Part shown: positions 39,041-47,523 of the stretch, piece after piece
Layout of the letters: the number at the start of each line of letters is the position of its first letter
Numbering within the stretch: the stretch's first letter is position 1
Source: an uncultured Prevotella sp.
GTDB lineage: Bacteria; Bacteroidota; Bacteroidia; Bacteroidales; Bacteroidaceae
Reading direction: 5' to 3'
Assembly: GCA_964640675.1 (NCBI GenBank)
Contig: CAZXFP010000001.1
Span: 134,700 to 198,699 of the forward strand
DNA: 64,000 nucleotides
Notes under the pieces: model-generated
The model's database searches: none
Seen by the model: the letters and a program-made list of their open reading frames with translations, nothing else
What the model was told of the DNA's origin: nothing
Translations under genes and position numbers: made by a program

Positions 39041-39128
39041 GCAATATGTATGGTTTCGCAAGGTAAAACCATACATATCGCGTGGCAAAACGTGACGTTT
39101 GGCAAGGCGAAATGATACGTTTTTCCAA
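39041..39128. repeat. 4x22-bp element, copy 4
   Basis: gcaatatgtatggtttcgcaag / gtaaaaccatacatatcgcgtg / gcaaaacgtgacgtttggcaag / gcgaaatgatacgtttttccaa; between convergent genes. Confidence 0.85.
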
Positions 39129-39223
39129 GTACCTTATTATAAGGCGATTGCTAAAATAAGAGTGAGCGGATGGGGTAGGGGCGCATGGCCTTTGATCGAA
39201 GTGCGCCTTGTGGGGCTTTGCCC

Positions 39224-39916
39224 TTACAAGTAGAATGATGAGACCAAGTTGTTATACCATGCAGTAGGTTGCCCGCCGATGGCGATACATTCTTTTTCGT
39301 CTGAAAAACAAGATGATGCGCGCTTGCCAAATGCGAGTAGGCAGCGTTTGGGTGGCTTCTTTTCCGAAGTGCTCACCATGATGCGGCGGTTCAGACATAA
39401 TCCGGCAAAGGCTGCTTCTGCCTCCATTTCGGGCGTTTGGTCTACGGGGAGGATGATGCTTAGTGTGCCCTCCTCGGTCAGCAATCGTGCGCTGTGCCTG
39501 CTTAGGTCGCGAAAGTCGAGGCTGTCGGTCTGTCTTGCCGTGGCTCTTGCCTCGTCTTGGCTTTTCAAGGCGTGCGGGAAATAGGGGGGATTGGCCACGA
39601 TGGCATCGTATGCATTTGCGTGGTATTGCTGCAAGGGGACGTTGAGGATGGCCACTCTTTCGGCAAAGGGACTGCGGGATGCGTTCTCTTTTGCTTGCAT
39701 GGCAGCTTCGGGCACAATCTCAATGCCATCAATGTGAGCAGCGGGGAAGCGTTGAGCCATCATTAGGGCAATAAGCCCGGTTCCGGTGCCAATGTCAAGG
39801 ATGCGTTGCCCGCCCTTTGCCCATGCTCCTAACAGAACGCCATCGGTTCCAACTTTCATGGCGCAATGCTCTTGCTGTATGGTGAACTGTTTGAAGGAGA
39901 ATGAATGGGACGGCAT
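39224..39916 (-). CDS. tRNA1(Val) adenine(37)-N6-methyltransferase (YfiC/TrmN6)
   Basis: FSFKQF...MKVGTDGVLLGAW, LDIGTGTGLIALM, NPPYF; ATG at 39916. Confidence 0.92.
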   Translation of the reverse strand: MPSHSFSFKQFTIQQEHCAMKVGTDGVLLGAWAKGGQRILDIGTGTGLIALMMAQRFPAAHIDGIEIVPEAAMQAKENASRSPFAERVAILNVPLQQYHANAYDAIVANPPYFPHALKSQDEARATARQTDSLDFRDLSRHSARLLTEEGTLSIILPVDQTPEMEAEAAFAGLCLNRRIMVSTSEKKPPKRCLLAFGKRASSCFSDEKECIAIGGQPTAWYNNLVSSFYL

Positions 39917-40041
39917 TGGGGGAAGGGTTATGTTGGTGGGGAAATCAATTGGCTGGTGGGGAAGACAGTGCGTACAGATTTTTTTGTGCCGCTGCGGTTG
40001 GCGCAAGGGGCGTTTTTGCAGCCCCGTGCGCCAGTGTTGCG

Positions 40042-41070
40042 TTATTGTCTGTTCAGCTTGCGCAGCAGTTTGAGGTTGACGGCTTGCAAGCTGCGGCCTC
40101 GCTTGGTAATTTGCGTTCGTATTCTGTCCATGTTGTAGAACATCTCTGATGCGGCATTCTGCATAACGTTGGGTTGTCTTGAGGCTTTGCTGCCTTCCGG
40201 GTTGACAACCAAGGATATGCTTTTGGGATTGATGGAGATGTCAACATCGGCATCTGACATTAGCGGGTCTCCATCGTAGTGAATCAAACCGGGCTTCTTG
40301 CGGTGTATGTGTATGTGGCGAGCCTGGAAAGATTGTATGTTCATGTTCTTGTTGAGCGTCTTGTTGAGTAGCTCCAAAGCCACTTGTGGGGCTTCGATGA
40401 TGCTGAATGGCTGCATGATGATGACGTCGAGCAGCCCATCGCTCATGGAAGCCTGTGGCGCAATGTAGGCATTGTTGCCGTATTGTGAGGCGTTGGCAAC
40501 GCTGATGAGCAATGCTTTATAGTGTTTCGACCCCATCTCGTCCTCAATCTCGTAGGTCTCTGGCTTGTAGGAGAGTCCCTCGCGCAGCACATTCTCCACA
40601 TACGTGATTAGTCCTCGTTTGCCAGCCTCGGCAAATTTGAGGGAAATAAAAGCGTCGAAGCCCATTCCGCAAGTACAGAAGAAGGGATGGCCGTTGATAA
40701 GTCCGGAGTCGAGCCGCTCCACCTTGTCTTTGTTGATAATGTCGATGCAACGTTTCAAGTCCATCGGTAGCATCAAGTGGCGGGCCAGACCGTTGCCGGA
40801 GCCGCACGGGAGAATGGCCATGGCCGATGAAGTGCCAACGAGGGCGCGGCCAACCTCATTGACCGTGCCGTCTCCGCCAATGGCGCACACGATGTCGGCC
40901 TTCCTTTCAACGGCTTCTTGCGCCAGCACGGTGGCGTGGCCGGCGTATTGCGTTTGCACAAATTCATAGCTGAAGCGTTCATGATCAAGATGCGCTTCCA
41001 CCAGTTCTGGAATCCGAGCTTTGCTGATAGTGCCAGAAATGGGATTGGTGATGAAGACGATGTGTTTCAT
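40042..41070 (-). CDS. YegS/diacylglycerol kinase family lipid kinase
   Basis: NPISG, GGDGTVNE, PCGSGNGLA, GMGFDA, QYGNN. Confidence 0.92.
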   Translation of the reverse strand: MKHIVFITNPISGTISKARIPELVEAHLDHERFSYEFVQTQYAGHATVLAQEAVERKADIVCAIGGDGTVNEVGRALVGTSSAMAILPCGSGNGLARHLMLPMDLKRCIDIINKDKVERLDSGLINGHPFFCTCGMGFDAFISLKFAEAGKRGLITYVENVLREGLSYKPETYEIEDEMGSKHYKALLISVANASQYGNNAYIAPQASMSDGLLDVIIMQPFSIIEAPQVALELLNKTLNKNMNIQSFQARHIHIHRKKPGLIHYDGDPLMSDADVDISINPKSISLVVNPEGSKASRQPNVMQNAASEMFYNMDRIRTQITKRGRSLQAVNLKLLRKLNRQ

Positions 41071-41218
41071 TTCTCCTACGAATTGGTGACGTACTTGTTA
41101 CATAGCTTTGCGGCACAAAATTACGAAAATATAGTGAAATATGCTCGCGGTATTTCGTTAAAAAAGAGATAAAGGAAAGATTTCTTTTGAAAATGTGTGA
41201 GTTATGGCAGTTTTTTCG

Positions 41219-41226
41219 TATCTTTG
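41219..41226 (+). promoter_or_regulatory. -7 promoter of spt (divergent partner TAATTTTG on the minus strand at 41116-41123)
   Basis: TATCTTTG. Confidence 0.65.
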
Positions 41227-41270
41227 CAGCCTAATTAAAAAGAAGTAGTTCCGGCTACGCCTAATAAATA

Positions 41271-42458
41271 ATGGGACAGTTACAAGAAAAGTTCAAAAAC
41301 TACCGTGAGCCTCAGAAGTATATGAAGGCTGGAGTGTACCCCTATTTTCGCGAGATAACGAGTATGCAGGGTACGGAAGTAACCGATATTGATGGCCATA
41401 AAATCCTTATGTTTGGCTCGAATGCCTATACGGGGCTTCCCAGCGATCCGCGTGTTATAGCTGCTTCAAGAGACGCTCTTGAGAAGTACGGAACGGGATG
41501 TGCTGGTAGTCGGTTTCTGAATGGTACGCTTGACTTGCACGTTCAGTTGGAGAAAGAGCTGGCTGCCTTTGAGAATAAGGAAGAGGCGCTTTGTTTCTCA
41601 ACAGGATTTTCGGTCAATTCGGGTGTGATCCCGGCTGTTGTAGGTCGTGGAGATTATATTATTTGCGATGATCGCGACCATGCCAGCATTGTGGATGGCC
41701 GTCGTCTCAGTTTCGCCACTCAGCTCCATTACAAGCATAACGACATGGAGGACTTGGAGCGTGTGCTGCAGAAACTTCCGCAAGAGGCTATAAAGCTGAT
41801 AGTGGTTGACGGAGTGTTCTCCATGGAAGGTGATTTGGCAAAGTTACCCGAAATCGTAGAGCTGAAGCATAAGTACAATTGCTCGCTCATGGTGGACGAG
41901 GCTCATGGCTTGGGTGTGTTTGGCAAAGAGGGACGCGGTGTCTGCGATCACTTTGGAGTGACAGACGAGGTGGACCTTATTATGGGTACGTTCTCCAAGA
42001 GCCTTGCCTCTATTGGCGGCTTTATCGCCTCTGACGCTGATACAATCAATTATCTTCGTCATGCTACCCGCTCTTACATATTCAGTGCGTCCAACACGCC
42101 TGCGGCAACGGCCGCCGCGTTGGAAACGCTTCACATCCTTCAGCAAGAGCCAGAGCGCATTGAGAATCTGTGGAAAGTGACCAACTATGCTTTGCGCCGT
42201 TTCCGTGAGGAAGGATTTGAGATAGGCGATACCGAAAGCCCCATTATTCCTTTGTATGTGCATGATGTCGACAAGACGTTCTATATCACAAAGCTGGCAT
42301 ATGATGCGGGTGTGTTCATCAATCCCGTTATTCCCCCGGCTTGTGCTCCGCAAGACACGTTGGTGCGTTTTGCGCTTATGGCCACACATACGGAAGAGCA
42401 GGTGGAGCAGGGCGTGCAAATCCTTAAGAAGATATTCAAGGAGCAGGGAATCCTTTAA
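41271..42458 (+). CDS. spt: Serine palmitoyltransferase (PLP-dependent alpha-oxoamine synthase)
   Basis: GVYPYFR, MFGSNAY, GSRFLNGT, DGVFSMEGD, DEAHG, GTFSKS; divergent from the lipid kinase as in Bacteroides. Confidence 0.88.
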   Translation: MGQLQEKFKNYREPQKYMKAGVYPYFREITSMQGTEVTDIDGHKILMFGSNAYTGLPSDPRVIAASRDALEKYGTGCAGSRFLNGTLDLHVQLEKELAAFENKEEALCFSTGFSVNSGVIPAVVGRGDYIICDDRDHASIVDGRRLSFATQLHYKHNDMEDLERVLQKLPQEAIKLIVVDGVFSMEGDLAKLPEIVELKHKYNCSLMVDEAHGLGVFGKEGRGVCDHFGVTDEVDLIMGTFSKSLASIGGFIASDADTINYLRHATRSYIFSASNTPAATAAALETLHILQQEPERIENLWKVTNYALRRFREEGFEIGDTESPIIPLYVHDVDKTFYITKLAYDAGVFINPVIPPACAPQDTLVRFALMATHTEEQVEQGVQILKKIFKEQGIL

Positions 42459-42512
42459 AAATAAAGGGATATTTAAGAGCTTTGAACTTTCTTTCGTATA
42501 GAAAGCAAGGTG

Positions 42513-42612
42513 CAATATGGGGTTGAGGTCATTTGATTTCAGCCCCATATTGTTTGTTAATGGATAAAAAAGGCGAAGTGATTGCTGTGTCTTTTGGCAA
42601 TCACTTCGCTTT
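42513..42612. terminator. Two tandem hairpins between convergent genes
   Basis: caatatggggttga...tcagccccatattg and gcgaagtgattgc...gcaatcacttcgc. Confidence 0.75.
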
Positions 42613-42744
42613 AATCGTGTTCTTTCCTCTTGAACTTGGAAGGGAAGTGGGGTGTTTAGGCTCTTCCTCGCTAAGCCCTGCAGGTTGAGCCACCTTGAAG
42701 TTGAAAGGTGTGTGGGGTGTTTAAGGGAATGTGAAATCGCAGCT

Positions 42745-43254
42745 TTAATAGTTTTTCAGCATTTGGCGTACAATTCTATTGGCTACAATCCAATCCGTGT
42801 CGAGTGAGAAACGCGTCAGATAGTCTTCACGGTTGTAATAAGCCAACACTAATTCCTTGTCGAAATCATAATACAGTGGCGTGTTGTAGCTTGCGATACG
42901 GAAAATCTCCATCACCTTCTCGCGTTGTTTCTCGTTCTTCGCCTTGGCATATTCTTTGGTGAAGAGGTTCACATAATCGTACATATAGTACGCCATAGAG
43001 TCGAGACGATTGTTAAGACTTGCCACTTGCTGGGGAGTTAGCTTGTCGCTTTCCTCTGTGAGCTGCGTGAGTGTTTTTGTGTTGAGGTAGGTGATGGCAT
43101 CTACCTTGAACGACTCTACCTTTCTGACAGTAGGATCTTCCTTTGGATCGCTTGCGATTTTGTAGGCGGCATCGTAGATTTGCTTGTATACGCGTTGTGC
43201 CTGCAAAGTGTTCACGGACAAAACCATGAGTGCGAAGATAATAAAACTTCTCAT
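42745..43254 (-). CDS. Secreted hypothetical helical protein
   Basis: Signal peptide ending LQA-Q; 169-aa ORF co-directional with ruvC. Confidence 0.75.
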   Translation of the reverse strand: MRSFIIFALMVLSVNTLQAQRVYKQIYDAAYKIASDPKEDPTVRKVESFKVDAITYLNTKTLTQLTEESDKLTPQQVASLNNRLDSMAYYMYDYVNLFTKEYAKAKNEKQREKVMEIFRIASYNTPLYYDFDKELVLAYYNREDYLTRFSLDTDWIVANRIVRQMLKNY

Positions 43255-43285
43255 AATTAAATTGATGTAATTGTGTTCTAATTGA

Positions 43286-43849
43286 TTATTTCCCGCTGAC
43301 GCGGCGTTGATTCTTTAGTGCAAACTCTTTCCATGAGTTGTAATGTTTTGCTCCTGTTTCGGGACGCCCCATTTGCAGGAAATGGCAATAGGCTGCAGCA
43401 AGCGCATCTGTTGCGTCCATGAGGTGCGGCATCTCGTCTTCGCGCAGTCCCAACAGTCGTTTCAGCATTCCGGCAACTTGCTCTTTTGACGCACTTCCGT
43501 TGCCTGTGATGGCCATTTTTATTTTTAATGGGGCATATTCGTGTATGGGCACATCGTGGCGGACTGCTGCGGCGATGGCTACGCCTTGCGCTCTTCCGAG
43601 TTTCAGCATCGATTGCACGTTCTTGCCAAAGAAAGGAGCTTCTATGGCCATCTCGTCTGGCAGGTAAGTGTCAATAACTCTGGTTATCCGCTCATAGATT
43701 TGACCCAGCCGGAGATACACATCCGGCTCGTTCCGCATATCAATGACACCCATGACCACTGGCTGTGCTTTGTTGCCTGTCACTTTCAGCACTCCGTAGC
43801 CCATGACGTTGGTGCCCGGATCTATTCCGAGGATGATTTTCTCGCCCAT
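43286..43849 (-). CDS. ruvC: Holliday junction resolvase
   Basis: ILGIDPG, AIEAPF, KLGRAQG, KMAITGNGSASKEQV, DATDALA. Confidence 0.97.
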   Translation of the reverse strand: MGEKIILGIDPGTNVMGYGVLKVTGNKAQPVVMGVIDMRNEPDVYLRLGQIYERITRVIDTYLPDEMAIEAPFFGKNVQSMLKLGRAQGVAIAAAVRHDVPIHEYAPLKIKMAITGNGSASKEQVAGMLKRLLGLREDEMPHLMDATDALAAAYCHFLQMGRPETGAKHYNSWKEFALKNQRRVSGK

Positions 43850-44520
43850 CAGCGATCCATGTACGGGTTATGTGCCACTTCGTATCCAATGGTTGTCGGC
43901 GTGCCATGTCCGGGCATAATACGCGTGTCATCGGGTAATTGCGCCAATTCACGCAAGCTGTTGATCATTTGGAACATACTTCCCCCGTCCAAATCGGTGC
44001 GGCCGATGCTTCCTTTGAACAGTGTGTCGCCGGTAAAGGCCACATTCTCTTCCTCGCAATAGAGAGTTACAGAACCATAAGTGTGCCCCGGGGTGGGGAG
44101 CACGGTGAAGTGGTGATTTCCAAAGTGGATTTTCTCGTAATCGCCAAGGAAGTGTTTCACGGGCGGGAACGTGTAGTCCAGGCGTATGTGGAACAGTTGC
44201 TCTGCTTGGTGGTGGAGTGTTTTGATGATAAACTCGTCCTCTGCAGAAACCTCCGGATAAATTCCAAACGCCTCTGTCACGGTGTTGTCTCCGAAGTGAT
44301 GGTCTAAGTGGCCATGTGTTGCGAGAAGTCTCACCGGGCGCAACTCGTTCTTGTGGATGTATTCCAATAGTGCTTCCCGCTCATCTTCCCAATAAGCACC
44401 ACAGTCGATAACAACACATTCTTTTGTCTCATCGAAAACCACATAGCAGTTCTCGCGAAGCATATTGAATTCGAAGCACCTGATGGTTATGCCGCTTTTC
44501 GTATCGTTGCTTTTTTCCAT
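43849..44520 (-). CDS. MBL-fold metallo-hydrolase (glyoxalase II-like)
   Basis: THGHLDH, TPGHT, FTGDTLF..SIGRTD, PGHG. Confidence 0.93.
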   Translation of the reverse strand: MEKSNDTKSGITIRCFEFNMLRENCYVVFDETKECVVIDCGAYWEDEREALLEYIHKNELRPVRLLATHGHLDHHFGDNTVTEAFGIYPEVSAEDEFIIKTLHHQAEQLFHIRLDYTFPPVKHFLGDYEKIHFGNHHFTVLPTPGHTYGSVTLYCEEENVAFTGDTLFKGSIGRTDLDGGSMFQMINSLRELAQLPDDTRIMPGHGTPTTIGYEVAHNPYMDR

Positions 44521-44568
44521 GATTTCTTAGCGTTGAGTGTTTATATATCCCGTTCTTGATGTCAGCTT

Positions 44569-45189
44569 TTATAAAGGAAGATAAACAAGAAACTTTTCCT
44601 TGAACCATTCCTCTTCAAACCATTGACTAATAGCTTCTTTCTCGGCAGTCTTGTGGAAAGGCTGAATCTCTGCGTTAAGGTCTCCTCCTTTTAGCACAAT
44701 AAGACCGTTGGGCAATGCGTTGCGTTGCTCTTTGCTGACGTTCTTACGAACTATTCGCACCAAGTCGGGGAGAGGCATAACCGCCCGCGACACAATAAAG
44801 TCGAACTTGTCTTTCTCTTCCTCTCCACTTTTCTGCACGGCGCATACGTTTTTGAGGCCGATGGCCTTAGCCACCTCGTTGGCCACATGAATCTTTTTCG
44901 CGGTTCGGTCAATGAGCTTGAACGTCACTTCGGGAAACATGATGGCAAGCGGAATACCCGGGAAGCCGCCTCCTGTGCCAAAATCAAGAATGCTTGTTCC
45001 CGGACGGAAGCGCGCCATTTGCGCAATGGCAAGTGAGTGGAGTATGTGGTGCTCATAGAGATTGTCTATGTCCTTGCGCGATATAACGTTTATCTTGCTG
45101 TTCCAATCCCGATAGAGTGCTCCGAGCTGTTCCAGTTGGTGGATTTGTTGCTCGTTGAGTGTCTTGAAATATTTTAGGATTTCTTCCAT
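44569..45189 (-). CDS. rsmG: 16S rRNA m7G527 methyltransferase
   Basis: WNSKINVISR, HILHSL, DFGTGGGFPGIPLAI, VSRA, LKG. Confidence 0.96.
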   Translation of the reverse strand: MEEILKYFKTLNEQQIHQLEQLGALYRDWNSKINVISRKDIDNLYEHHILHSLAIAQMARFRPGTSILDFGTGGGFPGIPLAIMFPEVTFKLIDRTAKKIHVANEVAKAIGLKNVCAVQKSGEEEKDKFDFIVSRAVMPLPDLVRIVRKNVSKEQRNALPNGLIVLKGGDLNAEIQPFHKTAEKEAISQWFEEEWFKEKFLVYLPL

Positions 45190-45191
45190 GA

Positions 45192-45947
45192 TTATCTGTT
45201 TAATGTTACGGAAATGGGGGCAAGGCTAATCTCGCCGGGGACGTAAATGAACTTCACACTGTCATCGAAGAGCATGAAATTGTCTGTTGCGTAAGCGTCA
45301 ATACCGCAGAAATAGCCTTGCTTCCTTACGGATGTTGTGTCGTCCAGATTGAGATTTTCCGCCATTTGGCTTACGATTTGGCTGGGCAGTTCTTTTAGTT
45401 CCTCTTCGCTGAAAGCATCAGACAGCCGAATCCATTTGCCCTTAGGCGTCATATTGCGTACAACTGTCCACGCCAAGGAGTTGTCGTTGGTTGTTGTGCG
45501 TGTGTGTGCCACATAGATTATGGCATCGTCTGCTCCTGCAAGAACCTCAGTGTCTACGCTTAATTCAAAGCGTAGCTGGGCGGTGTTGGGCTCGCAGCGG
45601 CGAATACCGCGAAACACGTCCGCCTGTTCTTCTATCAGGCGGCGCACATAGTCGGGCAGTGCCGTGTGTGGATTGAGCTGCTCGTAGCTTGTGGCCATGT
45701 AGTCGGGCTGAAGAATCCCCATGCGCAGCAACGAGTCGTTGAGTGTGGCGGCGTTGCTTCCCTTGAAAAAGAACATTTTCAAGTGTACTTTGCATAAGTC
45801 GCCATGCTCAAGCACGGCTGTTGTGTCAACCGTGATGCTGTCGAGCGGGGTAGTCAGTGGCTTGGGCTTTCCTTGGTGGCCGCAGCCGGTGAGTGATATG
45901 GCTACCCAGAGGATGGTCAGACATAGCTGAAAGGTTTTCTGCTGCAT
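45192..45947 (-). CDS. Lipoprotein, RsiV/DUF3298-like
   Basis: Lipobox LTGC; C-terminal NFMLFDDSVKFIYVPGEI; ATG at 45947. Confidence 0.7.
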   Translation of the reverse strand: MQQKTFQLCLTILWVAISLTGCGHQGKPKPLTTPLDSITVDTTAVLEHGDLCKVHLKMFFFKGSNAATLNDSLLRMGILQPDYMATSYEQLNPHTALPDYVRRLIEEQADVFRGIRRCEPNTAQLRFELSVDTEVLAGADDAIIYVAHTRTTTNDNSLAWTVVRNMTPKGKWIRLSDAFSEEELKELPSQIVSQMAENLNLDDTTSVRKQGYFCGIDAYATDNFMLFDDSVKFIYVPGEISLAPISVTLNR

Positions 45948-45955
45948 ATTCGTGG

Positions 45956-45984
45956 CAAAGTTACGAATTATTTTTTTAACTTTG
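45956..45984. promoter_or_regulatory. Back-to-back divergent -7 promoters
   Basis: CAAAGTTA (minus-strand TAACTTTG) at 45956-45963 and TAACTTTG at 45977-45984, inside a 55-bp gap. Confidence 0.65.
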
Positions 45985-46002
45985 CAACGCAAATGAAAAT
46001 TC

Positions 46003-46659
46003 ATGAATAAAATGTTTAAGGCTGCACTTTTTGATTTGGATGGAGTAGTACTCGATACGGAGAGTCAATATACTGTTTTCTGGAAACGGATTTTTCAGCG
46101 GTATTATCCCGATGATGCGCTGTTGGCCAGTAAGATAAAAGGTCAGACACTGACGCAAATATTTGACAGCTTTTTTGCCGGAGACAAGGAGAGACAGCGG
46201 CTTATAGAAGACGAATTGGATGCCTACGAACGTCAGTTGGAATTTTCTTATATCAATGGGTTTGAGAGATTTGTTGCTCTTGTGCGCGAGGCAGGACTGA
46301 AAACGGCCATCGTGACAAGTTCAAACCAAAAGAAGATGGTGAGCGTATACCGTTCTCATCCTAAGTTTCGCGATTGTTTTGATGCCATACTTACTTCGGA
46401 GGATTGCCGGCGGTCAAAACCTGCCCCCGATTGTTATCTGCTTGCTGCGGAGAGATTGGGAGTCTCTCCGGCTCAGAGCCTTGTTTTTGAGGATAGCATC
46501 AATGGGTTGAGGAGTGGGCGTGCGTCTGGCGCGGTGGTAGTGGGGCTTTCCACCACCAATCCAGCAGACGTAATCGCGCCTTTAAGCGATTATGTGATGG
46601 CCGATTATGCGGGAATTCCCTCCTTCTCGTGGCTTGAGCAGCAGCTTGTTTCGCGGTGA
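46003..46659 (+). CDS. HAD family phosphatase (beta-PGM/CbbY-like)
   Basis: FDLDGVVLDTE, VTSS, SKPAPDCY, VFEDS. Confidence 0.92.
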   Translation: MNKMFKAALFDLDGVVLDTESQYTVFWKRIFQRYYPDDALLASKIKGQTLTQIFDSFFAGDKERQRLIEDELDAYERQLEFSYINGFERFVALVREAGLKTAIVTSSNQKKMVSVYRSHPKFRDCFDAILTSEDCRRSKPAPDCYLLAAERLGVSPAQSLVFEDSINGLRSGRASGAVVVGLSTTNPADVIAPLSDYVMADYAGIPSFSWLEQQLVSR

Positions 46660-46769
46660 AGCCATCATGGCCAAATGGATTCTTTGGTGTGAAAGAATCC
46701 GTTTGGCCACGAGAGCAGAAACCCGCGTGGCAGAAAAGGATGCCCGGCGGGCTTTTGCCGGATAGCAGC

Positions 46770-47198
46770 TTACTTCTTTATCAAGGTCAGCCGCTTGGGA
46801 ATTTTCACCCATTTGTGATTGACAACTATCTTTATCGTGCTGCCTTCCAGGCGTTCCAGCGTGTATGTGCCATCGTGTTCCAGTGTCAGGCGCGCTTGCA
46901 AGTCCTCGCTTCCGTAGTCATTGGTGATGGTCAGCAATGCGCTTTTCCCTTTCACTTCTGCGTCAACGATAATCCATTTGCGCGTGTCTCGGCGTGCGCC
47001 GAAGTAGCCTGGCACTGCGCCAAATATTTCTTGTCCTGGCGTAACGATGTCGTTGTGATAGAAGTCCATGTCTATCCACACTTGGTATTCGGCATTCTCA
47101 ATGTGTCCCCTGAAAGTTGTGCTGTCTTGTTCTGCTTGTGCGTGTGCGGCAAGGCAGGCAATGATAGCCATAAGGGCAAGTAGAATCTTCATTTTCAT
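46770..47198 (-). CDS. Secreted hypothetical beta-rich protein
   Basis: Signal peptide AAHA-Q; TACCTTTG promoter on the minus strand at 47227-47234. Confidence 0.75.
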   Translation of the reverse strand: MKMKILLALMAIIACLAAHAQAEQDSTTFRGHIENAEYQVWIDMDFYHNDIVTPGQEIFGAVPGYFGARRDTRKWIIVDAEVKGKSALLTITNDYGSEDLQARLTLEHDGTYTLERLEGSTIKIVVNHKWVKIPKRLTLIKK

Positions 47199-47318
47199 TT
47201 TCTTTTGGTTTTGCTTCTTTCCCGTGCAAAGGTAAGAAAATTATAATGGCTGCATGGATTTTTGTGTTAAAAAAGGCAATAGCTTCAGTTTGGTGGGAGC
47301 ACGTTGTGTGGCTTGTTA

Positions 47319-47406
47319 GGAAAAGGTTACCTTTTGCGTGGTGAAACCATACCTTTTGCCCTCCCAAACCTTACGTTTTGGCGTGCAAAAGGTATGGTTT
47401 GAAAAG
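47319..47406. repeat. 4x22-bp element, copy 5
   Basis: ggaaaaggttaccttttgcgtg / gtgaaaccataccttttgccct / cccaaaccttacgttttggcgt / gcaaaaggtatggtttgaaaag; between divergent genes. Confidence 0.88.
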
Positions 47407-47523
47407 GCAGGTGTTTTTTCTCTGTTTTTGTTGGAGAAATATTTGCCTTGTGGCGTTGTTTTCCTTGTTGTGTGGCATTGGTGGCGCGATGCAATAATAG
47501 TTGATAAAGGACGTTATATTTGT

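Noticed and set aside
47338-47523. N-terminal extension of the TonB receptor given in the ORF track
   Set aside because: It starts inside the repeat; the signal peptide begins at ATG 47524/47533
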